From assembly GCF_009834535.1 (NCBI RefSeq), contig NC_045707.1:64606001-64670000 (forward strand): a stretch of 64,000 nucleotides of DNA, given 5' to 3'. The notes beneath the pieces were generated by a model. The model had not been told where the DNA came from. It saw only the letters and a list, made by a program, of their open reading frames with translations, and did no database searches. How positions within the stretch are numbered: position 1 is the first letter of the stretch; every line of letters begins with the position of its first letter. The position numbers were made by a program, and so were the translations under genes. Origin of the DNA: Camelus ferus. Its lineage: Eukaryota. Below are positions 1 through 11,707 of this stretch, one piece after another.

Positions 1-69
1 GGATGATATAAGATGAATGATAAGGCATCAGAGAAGTGATACTAACACTCCAGACATGTGAATTTATGT

Positions 70-262
70 AACCCTTACAACAGTCCTACAAAATAGGTGC
101 TGTTATTCTCCCACTTTAACAGATGAGAAAACTGAGGCACAAGGGATTTTAAGGAACTTGCCCAAGGTCACCCAGCTAAGAACTGGCATCCCAGGGATCT
201 GAACTTGGGCAGCCTGGCTAGTTCCAAAGTCCAAGACTTAACCATGAGGCTGTACTGCCTCC
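70..262 (-). repeat. MIR SINE
   Basis: MIR core on minus strand: ACAGATGAGAAAACTGAGGCAC...ACTTGCCCAAGGTCACCCAGCTA. Confidence 0.8.
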
Positions 263-512
263 CCAGTCATGGTACGTTGATAAAATTAATCAAATGCCTA
301 GCGTATACCCGGCCTTGTGTTAATCCTTTCATTACGTTAGCCGATTGAGTTCACCTGTTGGGTCGTTTGGACGTAGGTAGGAGGGGTAACAAAAGGATCA
401 CCAGGTCAGCTGTTGTGCCTTTGGCAAAACACCTGCGCTTGGGCGAGGTCTCTGTGCTACTTAGGAATGCAGGACGTTAACAATAAGCTATTGCATCATC
501 TCTCCCTTGCAG

Positions 513-606
513 GGGTGGAATGGTCCAAACCAGTGAGCAGTATGAATTTGTGCATCATGCCCTGTGCCTGTACGAAAGCAGACTTTCAGCAGAAACGGTC
601 CAGTGA
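513..606 (+). CDS. PTPRR: Receptor-type tyrosine-protein phosphatase R, last coding exon (phosphatase Q-loop and C-terminus)
   Basis: Acceptor tctcccttgcAG at 511-512. Reading from 514 gives (R)GGMVQTSEQYEFVHHALCLYESRLSAETVQ*, with TGA at 604-606. This is the PTP Q-loop motif and the recognised PTPRR C-terminus. The frame is absent from the ORF track. PTPRR lies directly upstream of PTPRB in mammals. Confidence 0.95.
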
Positions 607-1695
607 TTCTCTGAAGACTTACCAGACCGTCGATCTCTAGGGGTGATTAATTGATTACCCACCTGAGGCTTCTGGAGGGAGCTTCCTGCAATGGAAGGAA
701 AGAGACGCCGGGACGTCATTTGGGGCATGGATTGTGGAAGGTGGCAACGCATTAAAGATTGCCAGCCTCTTGTGTATAGGAATGCATTTGTAAGCATCCC
801 CTAAGTTGTTCTGAAGGTCCTGTGCTGATGGAGGTATGACACAGCGAAGGAGGATTTTGTTTTGTCTGTATTGACTATCTGCTTCACAGAATATATATAT
901 GAAATAGTGATATATGTCATCAGATGATGACGGGAAGAGCTGCTGAAGAAATTATTATTGTGTGTTTAGATGCTTTAATGTTTGCAAAATCTGTCTTGTG
1001 AATGGACTGTCAGCTGTTAAACTGTTCCTGTTTTAAGTGCTAATTCCTTTCTCAGTTACCAGAATCTTGCCGCTAAAGTTGCAAGTGATTGATAATGGAT
1101 TTTTTTAAAAATAAGTCCTTGTTTTTGGAAAAAAAAAATCAAAAGCAGTAACTATTTTATATGGAAATGTGTCTTGAAAATATTACCTAGCAAATGTGTA
1201 TTTATCAGTACCTCCTATCAATCAATTACAGAGCACAATGGTTGTCATTGGGTATAAATGTATTTACTCTACTATAGAGGTGATTTCTGCTCCAGGACTC
1301 TATCCACTGAATTTCTACATTGTGAATCACTTTACTTTCAAAGGGAAAAACAAATTTGTAGCAAATGATGTATTAAGAATTTTAAATACTCGTCTCTCTT
1401 TTACTAAGAAAGACTTTTTGAATATGCTGTCTATCTGGAATCTCTCTCCCAGTAAAAGGCAGATGCCTTTGGGAAGAGTGTAACCTCTCCCATTTCCAGA
1501 GGTTCTTCAAAAGGATGCTGCCATGGATATCCTTAAATTCCTAAAGGATTTAATCCTCAAGAGACAAATAAAGTTAAAAAAAAAAACTACATTCAGCAAA
1601 CACTAGATGTTCTGCTCAGATACACATTTTTAATGCAGCTATGTTGACTTTGTTTCCTACTGCCAATAAACTTCTCTTAATACTAAACATTGAGT
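607..1695 (+). other. PTPRR: PTPRR 3' UTR (3' end approximate)
   Basis: AT-rich, repeat-free sequence after the stop codon; AATAAA at 1567-1572 and 1665-1670, the latter followed by a U-rich tract at ~1706-1722. Confidence 0.7.
1665..1670 (+). terminator. PTPRR: Probable PTPRR polyadenylation signal
   Basis: AATAAA with a downstream U/GU-rich element (TTTTTTTTTTCCTGTTT). Confidence 0.65.
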
Positions 1696-2189
1696 AAGGC
1701 ATGCATTTTTTTTTTCCTGTTTGGAGAGAGACCGTTATCTGTGTTATCTGTGGGGGAAAGCCTGAAGTCAACAGTGTGATGGGTTTAATTTTAGTCTGCC
1801 TCTCCCCAGTGGAGATGACCATTTCAAAATGTAATATTGTCATCACTTGAGCGATAATGATCTGGAAGTGCCATCATTATGTGGTTTTCCTTGACAGACT
1901 CCTAGCATATCATTATGCAAACAGTCCATGTTTATGTCTTCAGATCGCTTGTCATAGACCCTCATAAATTACACGGTTTGCATGTATTCAGCAGAATCAC
2001 ATCACCTGAAGAGATGTAATGTTGTAGGAACATTGAATTACCTAAGATTACAATTCCTTTCTTCCCTCTTGAGCTGAAGAAGCGGTCATGTGCCAAAGGG
2101 ATGGTAGAAGAAAACCTACACGTTTTATTCTGCTCCTGGAGGCTGGAATTTTTTCTACATTAAAAAAAAAAGAGAGCGAGAGAGAGGTA

Positions 2190-2391
2190 ATCATAATCCC
2201 TTCTTTCTAAGGAAACAGACAAAAGAACAACTGGTGTAAAACTTCCCCCAGACAATTCAATAGGAGGAAGTGCTCGTCACTTGACTTTTCCCCCCACCGT
2301 GAAGGCACATTTCCTTCCTAGTCTTGGCTTCTCTTATCTGGGAGAATTTTTTTTCCCCCCAAGCGAAGCATGAACAGTCGTTAAGTGGAAA
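2190..2391 (+). promoter_or_regulatory. PTPRB: Proximal promoter/5' UTR of the PTPRB long isoform
   Basis: Immediately upstream of ATG 2392; several ETS-type cores (AGGAAA, GAGGAAGT, ATTTCCTTCCT). The TSS cannot be determined from sequence. Confidence 0.5.
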
Positions 2392-2446
2392 ATGGAGGCT
2401 GAATTGTACATGGCGGTTCTTACCTGCTTCATCCTCGGGAACTCAG
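2392..2446 (+). CDS. PTPRB: PTPRB long isoform, first coding exon (signal peptide MEAELYMAVLTCFILGNS)
   Basis: gaaaATGg Kozak context; 55 nt ending at CAG|GTGAGT (phase 1); resembles the N-terminus of the long human PTPRB isoform. Confidence 0.9.
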
Positions 2447-3741
2447 GTGAGTGGGTCTGCCTCAGTTTCCCGAGGCGTTTCTCCAATAGCTCTGTCCTCT
2501 GAGAAATGCCTGGAAGAAGGCGGGAATGGAGCCAGGTCTCCATGGCAGTTCAGCCAGAGACGAGGAGGAGGAGTGGGGGGGACTCTCAGGAGCCAGCCAT
2601 GCCCACACCGTTGAGATTTCTCTCCAAAAGGAAAATAAATGGCCTCCTCATGTCCTCCAAATGCCTCCAGCCGCCCCTGAAATGGCATCTTTACAGCAGA
2701 GTGCAAAGCACCCTGAGGGGGAGCAAAAGCAATTACAGTGGCGTGTGGTTATATAACAGCCTGTGGCATCTTTAAGCTTTTTGCCTGTTGGGCTCTAGTT
2801 TTGTTTTCTTTTGTGTTACAGAAAGCAACTACTAGGAGTATAATCAAAGGGGGCTGAGGAGCTGTGGTGTGTTTTATTGGGAAGTTGTTGTTTGAAAGTT
2901 CTGAATATTTTCACAGGAGAGCTGGGAAGACTTACAAAAGCACCTGGAAAGTGGTTTCTGAGCCTGAATATTTCACTTTGTAAGGCTGATGTTTAACCAC
3001 AGGGTGTTTAGTTTTCTTACATTGAGAAAAGGTGAAATTTTTTAAAAGATGCTTTATTAGTATCTGAGGTTGAAAAGCACAGCTCTTGTCACAAAATCAA
3101 GAAAGGCTTCTCTCCAGGACTATAAAAAATTGAGTTCGTGATAATCAATACTTTCACTGGTTGCTGTTAGCTAGAAGGTCGTGCTTAGGGGAATGGGAGA
3201 TTTTATTTTATTTTTGGATAAGTATATCCAATTTTTTTAAAGGATGTATTCAAACTAGTCCACTTGTAAACAATTCTAGCGATGGTAACTTAAGGGTTAG
3301 GACAAGAGGTGTTTTTTTAGAGTGGGTGATGAAGGTGAGCTGGAAGAAGTACAAATGGTTAAAAACGGGAACTGGGCTTTTTATAACTTCAGCATATTTA
3401 ACTAATTGGGCTAAACCATCACACTATATTCTTTGTATGGTATTTTTTTTCTTTTCTGGGCTTCCTTTCGTTATTTCAGTGGGGGTATATTTTCTTTTCT
3501 AAGCCATGTGAAAGTAAAAAAATGGGGGGGCTAAGTGCGCCATCTTAATATTTTTACATTGTCACATTTGAAATTGTAAATGGTATGTGTTGAATCTGGG
3601 ACTATTCACTTGAGATGAGAGCCATTGCAAAGGAGAAGTAAACCTTGTGTTTTGGCTTGGCGGATTTGTGGGTGGGTTGTTTTGTTTCAGATGGGCCATA
3701 TGATTTGTTACATGGTACCTAATGAGCTTCTCATCTTCCAG

Positions 3742-4137
3742 AGGGCTTTCAGATTGTCCATGTCCAGAAACAACAGTGCCTTTTCACAAATAAGATAGTG
3801 GTCCTGGGCTTGTGCGATGGGACCAGCCAGAACCAGCAGTGGATGTGGACGGAGGATGGAAAGCTCCTTCATGTTAAATCTGCGCTGTGCCTGGCCATCT
3901 CCAATTCCTCTGGTGGCCCTTTCCAATCAGTCATCTTTGCCCACTGCTCTCAGGCACCTCGATGGACTTGCCATGAGAAGGAAGGGTTCCTGGAAGTGGA
4001 AAATGCCTCTCTCTTTCTCAAGAAACAAGGCTTCAAGGTAGTGGTCAAGAAGGGCAGGAAGTACCTCCACAGCTGGATGAAAATGGATGTCAACAAGGAG
4101 GGAAAACCAGTCAATGAAAGCCTCTGCTTGAAAAAAG
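3742..4137 (+). CDS. PTPRB: PTPRB long isoform exon 2, ricin-B/beta-trefoil lectin-like domain
   Basis: ttccAG acceptor; (E)GFQIVHVQKQQCLF...NQQWMWTEDGKLLHVKSALCLAI...ESLCLKK; QxW motif and Cys pairs; 396 nt, phase 1-1, donor AAG|GTGAG. Confidence 0.93.
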
Positions 4138-6205
4138 GTGAGCTCTTCCTTTCAGAATCGATTCAGAAAGTTCTTCTGCTCAATGTCTTGTTTTTTTTAT
4201 CACATTCAAAGGGAAGTCTACACACCCCAACAAAATTCCTATAGAAGATTCATAAGCTAATGGAAATGGATTGTGTGATGCCCACCGACTCAGAAAACTT
4301 CATTATCCTCATTAAAATCAGTCAAACTTTTCTATCTCTCATTCCTCTTTCCCCCTTTTTCCTGCTTCTTTTGTGAATTCAACACATAGTTCTTGAGTTT
4401 CTCTTTTGTGCCAGACACTAAGCACTTTGGTTAAGTACCGTTAGATGTAGGAATATACATTGCATACATATGTAATAACGAAAGCAAATGATCAGGAAAT
4501 TCATCATTTTGCTGATGTAGACACCTCTGTTCTTTGGTTATGAGGAACTATTAGAATACAAAATGGTGCTTGATAAGACTGGGAAGATAATAAATTGTGT
4601 TTTTGCAAATCTCTTGTGCTAAGTGTAGGGGTCAACATCTTTTGGAGGTAACATACTTTTGAAATGGTAAAAACCAATGTGCAGCCACAGAGTTTTCTAA
4701 TTTGTTGACCATTGATGGATATAACCTAGACGCTGGACACATGTAAAAACCTGTATGTGCATGCACAAATTCCTGGTGCAATGCACAGCTCAGACTTGCA
4801 CTAGGAATCTTTATTTGTGGATATAGCTTAATATTCTATTTTACTTGATCATCTTATTATTTATTTACTCCTCTGTTAGAGGTTTGCTTTAGGAAATCAT
4901 GAACGATGAAACTAACACCATTATTACCTCCTAGGTACAAACAGACCTTACAAATCACTGGAGCAATTATCTAGAAATGAAGTGCTTCATTAAGATTAAA
5001 ATTTGCCAGGGTTCAGTGAATTATCCCAAATAACTAGGTGGCAGAGATATGATTAGAAACCAGGTTTCTTGACTTCTGGTCCAGGACACTTTCCATTATA
5101 CAGTGTTTCCCAAATACGTAACCACAGACTTTCGCCCAACTGGCAACATCAAAATCACCTGGGGGAGGAGCAGAGTGAATCACTGCCATCAGTTTTTCCC
5201 TCTACTGTTGTCTCCAAGATTTGATTCCAAGAAATTTAGATTTGGGCATAATTCTTGATGTTTTTTAAAAAAAAATCTCCCCAAATAATTTTGATCCGTA
5301 CCCTCACTTAAGGATCAGCATCCACTGTATCTTTAATTTTTTTATTGGATGTTGAGTTTTGAGGTTTATATGAGTCTTTCCACCTCTCTGGTCTTTGGAC
5401 AGTTGTCTGTCACTCATTCATTTTGTTAAAGAAAGAAGCATCTAATTAGATGCCAGTGAATGCAGTGGGCTCTTCTTCAATGAAGGTTGTTATAGTCCCT
5501 GTTCTTATAAAACCTCCAATACAAGAATAAGATGAAAGTATAGGTCAATTAGAAAATTCAACTTTATCTGAGAGTATACAGCATACAGCACCCGATTCGT
5601 ACAATCCCCTTCCAGTGGTTCATCTAGCTAGGCCTGTCCTAAACAACAAAGAAACGTTGTAAATACTATATACAAGAAATGAGTTTCCTCCCAACTCCCA
5701 ATCAAACCTTATTTAGCAGAATATTTGAAAAGTGGAACTTTTACAAAGTACGTGTGGATTCAGTAGATATGGATTATTCAAGATAAAAGATAATTCATGA
5801 AAAAACTATCTCCTTTGACCTCCATACAAAACATGTCTAATGAGGGACTTCACTTTGAAAGTAAAGTAGATACAACAGACCATTTACAATTAACCACTAG
5901 AACAAGCCATATCCAAAACATGTCTGAAACAACGTGGGGCTGGAGGGGGATGGACTTCTAGAAAAAGCAAGGTTAACATTTGTATGACTTTGGTACAAAA
6001 AAGTTTTTATATTTCAGTATGCACAGGTACAACACATACATTTGCTTTATAACTTACAATTATAAGTTAACAGATGTATTTTTCTTCTCCATCCATACAG
6101 AGTGATATTGGTACATGAAAGCTCTCTGACTTTCTAGAGAATCAATTGTGAGAAATTAAATTGCATGCAGATGTTTGCAATGAATCATTCCAAATGCCCT
6201 TTCAA

Positions 6206-6327
6206 GGAGGAGGGTATATAGCTCAGTGGAAGCTATAGCATGCACGAGGTCCTGGGTTCAAGCCCCAGTACCTCCATTAAATAAATAAATAAACCTAATT
6301 ACCACCCCCCCCTCAAAAAGATGGATG
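6206..6327 (+). mobile_element. tRNA-derived SINE (camelid Vic-1-like)
   Basis: tRNA-like head TAGCTCAGTGG...GGTCCTGGGTTCAAGCCCCAG, (AAAT)n linker, ACCTAATTACC tail; TSD CCAAATGCCCTTT at 6190-6202 and 6328-6340. Confidence 0.85.
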
Positions 6328-6366
6328 CCAAATGCCCTTTTTAAAGGGTGGATAATTAAATAGTTT

Positions 6367-7111
6367 TTAAATTGAGGTGTAGTCAGTTTACAATGTTGTG
6401 TCAATGTCTGGTGTACAGCACAATGCTTCAGTCACGCATGAATATACATATATTCATTTTCATATTCCTTTTCACCATAAGCTACTGCAAGATATTGAAT
6501 ATAGTTCCCTATGCTATACAGTATAAACTTGTTTATCTATTTTATATATATTAGTCAGTATCTGCAAATCTCAATCTCCCAGTCCAAACCTTCCCACCCC
6601 CTGCCTCCTTGGTAACCACAAGTTTGCTTTCTATGTCTGTGAGTCTGTTTCTGCCCTGTAAACAAGCTCATTTGTCTTTTTTTAGATTCCATATAAGTGA
6701 CATCATATGATATTTGTCTTTCTCTTTCTAATTTACTTCACTTAGAATGACATTCTCCAGGGCCATCCATGTTGCTGCAAATGGCATTATTTTATCATTC
6801 TTTATGGCTGAGTAGTATTCCATTGTATAAGTATACTTCTTTATCCAGTCATCTGTCGATGGACATTTAGGTTGTTTCCATGTCTTGGCTATTGTATATA
6901 GTGCTGCTGTGAACATTGGGGTGCAGGTGTCTTTCTGAATTAAGGTTCCCCTCTTAATATATGCCCAAGAGTGGGATTGCTGGATCGTATGGTAAGTCTA
7001 TTTTCAGTCTTTTAAGGACTCTCCATACTGTTTTCCACAATGGCTGCGCCAAACTGAATTCCCACCAACAGTGTAGAAGGGGTCCCTTTTCTCCACACAC
7101 TTTCCAGCATT
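6367..7111 (-). mobile_element. 5'-truncated L1 (ORF2 C-terminus and 3' UTR)
   Basis: Minus-strand ORFs give L1 ORF2 C-terminal motifs ([43 protein letters not shown]); imperfect TSD TTAAATA(G/C)TTT at 6356-6366 and 7112-7122. Confidence 0.9.
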
Positions 7112-7348
7112 TTAAATACTTTACTCTTAAGCAGTGCAAATATGCATGTTATGCATCCATAGGATGGGATTTTTTTTTAATTAAATTCTTCAGTAAAAGC
7201 ATACTGTGAAGGTCAAAATCTGGACTATGTATTTTGTATTTGTTTCATAGAGGAAACATTCACGATGCTATTCAAGTATCTAAGTAATATTTCTCTACTA
7301 ACCACTATGTGCCAGAGTTTGTGCTGTAGTAATGGAAGTAACCCACAC

Positions 7349-8647
7349 CAGTGATTCTCAACCCAAGCTTCACATCAGAATACAAATGGGACCTTTTTTA
7401 ACCATTTTTTAAAATTGAAGTATAGTTAATTTATAATGTTGTGTTAGTTTCAGGTGTACCGCAAGGTGATTCATGTATATATATGTATGTGTGTGTGTGG
7501 TGTGTGTGTGTGCATGCGTGTGTGTGTGTGTGCATTCTTTTTTAGATTTTTTCCATTATGTTATTACAAGATATTCAATATAGTTCCCTGTGCTGTACAA
7601 TACATCCTTGTTGTTTAACTATTTTATATATGGTAATGTATATATGTTAACCCCAAACTCTTAATTTATCCTTCTCCCCTCCTCTTGCTTTCCCCTTTGG
7701 TAACCATAAGTTTGTTTTCTATGTCTGTGAGTCTGTTTCTGTTTTGTAAATAAGTTCACCTGTATTTTTTTTAATTTCACATATAAGTGATATCATATGA
7801 TATTTGTCTTTCTCTGACTTACTTCACTTAATATGATAATCTCTAGGTCCATCTATGTTGCTGCACATGGCATTATTTCATTTGTTTTTATGGCTGAGTA
7901 ATATTCCATTGTGTGTATGGGTGTGTGTATATATATATATATACACCACATCTTCTTTATCCTTTCATCTGTCAATGAACATTTAGGTTGCTTCCATGTC
8001 TTGGATATTGTAAATAGTGTTGCTATGAGCTTTGGGGGCATGTGTCAAATTAGAGTTTTCTCTGGATATGTGCCCAGGAGTGGGATTGCAGGATTATATG
8101 GTAACTCTATTTTTAGTTTTTTAAGGAACCTCCATACTATTCTCCACAGAGGCTGCACCAATTTACATTCCTACCAACCATGTAGGAGGGTTACCTTTTC
8201 TCTATACTCTCTTCAGCATTTATATTTGTAGACTTTTTTTGATGACGGCCATTCTGACTGGTGTGAGGTGATACCTCATTGTAGTTTTGATTTGCATTTC
8301 TCTAGTAATTAGCCATATTGAGCATCTTTTCACGTGTCTATTGGCAATCTGAATGTCTTCTTTGGAGAAATGTCTGCTTAGGTCTTCTGCCCAGTTTTTG
8401 ATTGGGCTTTTTTTTAATATTAAACTGTATGAGCTGTTTGTATACTTTGGAAATTAATCCCTCATCAGTAGCATCATTTGCAAATATTTTCTCCCAATCC
8501 CTAGGTTGTCTTTTCATTTTGTCCAGTAGGACCTTTGAAATAATATTAATATTCAGGCTTCATCCTCTAGGCCGGCTAGCTCAGGCATCATATTTTTAAA
8601 ATGCTTCCAAGGTGATTCTAATGTGCAGCCAAAGTTAAGAATCACTA
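7349..8647. mobile_element. MER5B-like hAT element split by an L1
   Basis: Left end CAGTGATTCTCAACCC..CACATCAGAAT; right end GGTGATTCTAATGTGCAGCCAAAGTTAAGAATCACT. Confidence 0.7.
7397..8528 (-). mobile_element. 5'-truncated L1 inside the MER5B-like element
   Basis: L1 ORF2 C-terminal motifs on minus strand ([17 protein letters not shown]); GGACCTTT duplicated at 7389-7396 and 8529-8536. Confidence 0.88.
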
Positions 8648-11423
8648 ATTATGTCTTGCTCCTTAGGGTAATAGGGAGGCCAGATAAGTAAATAATTATA
8701 GTAGAGTATAAGCAGAAAAAAATACCCCTTTCTCCAATATACATTCTTGCCAGTGTGTCACATTAAGCAGCAGTTTTTTTTAATATGAAAGATGATTTTT
8801 AAATTGCATATTTTTAAAAGTGCCCACTGGATTTTGTCATAATTTAGCTGTGCTACATTCTCACTAAAACACCTTTTTCCTTCTTCTTCCTCGCCTTAAC
8901 TCAAGAGTCCCTCTTTAACAGGGTGAATTGAATAGACTCCCAAAGTGGGTTAAAATTCAATTCAAAAGTTAATGCAAAGGTTTTTGGGAGACGGACCTGT
9001 ACTAGAGTCAGATTTCCTCAAATAAACACAGCTACTGCAGTGATTTTTACTAGAGGATGAAAAATTAACCTGTCTTTTAAAATTTTCATATAGTTTATAC
9101 TTCTTTAAAATCCCTTCAAACAACCATTTAGTAGGGCAAATAGAATAGAATTTAATGGGAATCTAATTAAATGGAGTATTTAGGTTGTGTAGGACCAGGA
9201 TCCTCAGTACGTAGTAGATTACCAAATTAAGGAGAAAATGGATGGAGATTTTTACCATTCCCTCTGAATTTCAAGTTTACCCTTAAAGAGTATTCTACAT
9301 GCCTTCATTTTGGACCCAAAAAAGCCAACATGTAGCTGGTAGCTAGACTCTTTTTTTTTTTAGTCCACCTTTTAAGATAATTTTTTTAAAAATTAGAGTC
9401 TTGTAGATATTATTTGCAGTAGTAATGCCAACATATCTGGCTAAAAATTGAAAACCTTCACTCTCTGCATATATCTGTTTGTCACTCAGGTGCCAGATAT
9501 CCAGGTATCTGGAAACCATCTTACCTCTAGCAATGTGTCCATAAAACAAGTGACTGACGGATTTTCTAAATTTTCCTCCATATATTTCATGTTACATTGT
9601 ATAGCTACATCCTTGGAGTCACTGTATTAAGAGTATAATTTTTAGAAATCTCGTGTATAATTTTTCAATCTCATTCTGCAAATTTATACAAGGCAGATGT
9701 CAACAACGCAATTAAGAATAAGGAAAAGTCAAAGTTTATTTTATTCAACAGTATTGCAGTTTTATATCATCACATAGTTCACTTTTTTTAAGGCTATTTA
9801 TTAACTTTAGGAGTAAAAAGGCGTTCTGAAGTCCAAATCTCTAATTTACAAACACTTGGAACATAACACCCCTAAGTAAAGGGCTTCCCTCATAGCAAAA
9901 ACCTTATAAGCTAAAGGGGAAATTATGTCAGCCTACAATTTGGGGGACACTTGTTCATTTCTAGGAAAGTTCACTTGAAATTCAATTGAAAAAATCATTT
10001 CCCCATGATCAAGTCTTTTGTATATATAGGAGATGGCAGAAGAAAAAAAATAATTAGAAAAATAAATTACTATATTATAAGCCTAATAAGAACAGGGATC
10101 ATAAGTTAGGAATCTTTACCTCCTTTCAAGCTGATCTTGGTCCCAATGGTCAACAATTTATATCTAAATCAGTAAATGTTTCAACTTCTAGAAGGTGTTG
10201 AATATCAGAATTTGGAGGAACAATAAAGGAAAGCTAAGGTCAACTCGATGCCACTATTGAAATCATGACTGTTGCTTTTCTCTTCTTCCCAAATCAAGTA
10301 TAATTTTTAAACCCACCAAGCCATCAAAAGTGACAGTTGCATCTATTCCAACAGGAAATAGTCTTGGCCCCACAAGCAGACAACAAAGGTTACAGTCAGT
10401 GGCTAAGTTATTGAAGTTTTATGGACTTACATGATATGGAAAATAACTCATTCATTGCCCTCCTCCTTTCTACATGGGAAACAGAGAAATTTACTCAAAG
10501 GACACTACCGATGTGCAAGCATATCTAAGCAAATAACCCCTAAGAGAGGGAAATAAAAACATCCTAAACTTGAAATGGGTTTCCACAACACCAGCACAAA
10601 TCTATTGGCAGGTAGACCATGCTCGCATAATTCTAGGACTTCCAGATGAAGAGTACAAAATTCAGTCTATGGTTTGGATACCTTTTCCAAGGAATGCGAA
10701 CTCTCCCTATGAGTATAAACAGCTGCATGATTGTCTAAAACTGTTTCTTTCACTAGGGTGTTTCATACTGAATGAAGAGTAACGTTGCGTATGTCAGCCA
10801 ACCACTCGACAGCAGCATCTACTACAGATTCATTCATTCATTCAGATCTCATATTTATCTGAGGACAGGCACGTTTTTGCAGACATATTTTCAAGTGTCC
10901 CTAGTATGGCGGAGCTAGTGAAATCACGAAAAGAGATTTTGCTGCTGAAGTCAATCATACTGCTGGCTGGCTTGACATACCTGCTGGTCAAAGTAAGTGT
11001 TTAATTGTAGTCATGTGGGTGAGGGACTAAAATGCATAAGCATTGTGATAAGGTAAACATATATACTCTTGGGAGAAAGGGTTTTAATAGAAGCTATTTC
11101 CTTTAGTGATTGGTAGGGACGCTTGTAAATACAGAGAGCTTGATCGGAAGTAAACAAAGCAAAACAGAAAGTTTCTTTTGTGTCTACAGACCCTACTTTG
11201 ACCAAATTGGCTGTCACAGCCATTTTAGAATTTTTTTCCTTGTATCATTATAACTACATGGGACTTGGAATGAACCATTTATTTATATGTTCATTGAAAA
11301 GTATATGATCATTGATTATTGATCTATACTTCATATGATCATTGAAAAGTATCTGGCAGAGCAGCCAGGGCCCCCCAACCATTTTCAGCCTGTGACACAT
11401 CAGTGAACTTAACAGGGCACACC

Positions 11424-11707
11424 CAGGGCCACATACGACTTTCATGGGTCCTGGGCTCTTAGGTCTTTGTGTGTTCCTTTCTCCACTGGGGAAAAAAAAG
11501 AGTATAATAATTTTATAGATTTTCACAAGTCCTAACATTCTCATTTTTTCATAATGTGTGAAAAAAAAAGTTTAAATATTTTCTTTCACCCTGAAAGTTC
11601 TTTTGTTAAAAATTATTTTCAAAGAAATTCAACCATTTTCTGGGCCTTAAAATATCATGGGTCCTAGGCAGTGTTCCTACTGTGCCTAATGGACTAGCCA
11701 GCCCTGG
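11424..11707 (-). mobile_element. hAT-Tip100 DNA transposon fragment (MER115/Zaphod-like)
   Basis: Terminal ...CCTAGGCAGTGTTCCTACTGTGCCTAATGGACTAGCCAGCCCTG resembles the Tip100 terminal sequence; family recalled from memory. Confidence 0.4.

Noticed and set aside
413..640. 75-aa ORF in the supplied track
   Set aside because: It overlaps the real PTPRR exon in the wrong frame; the true frame is 514-606
2324..2775. Several overlapping ORFs around PTPRB exon 1
   Set aside because: No recognisable protein features; the 55-nt exon with its donor explains the region
513..4137. In-frame PTPRR-PTPRB fusion protein by read-through splicing
   Set aside because: The PTPRR last intron is phase 2, while PTPRB acceptors here are phase 1 or 0, so such splicing would frameshift
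11290..11352. Short direct repeats (CATTGAAAAGTAT, TATGATCATTGA) that superficially suggest a repeat-spacer array
   Set aside because: Only two copies each; a local slippage duplication in mammalian DNA. There is no CRISPR array in the window.
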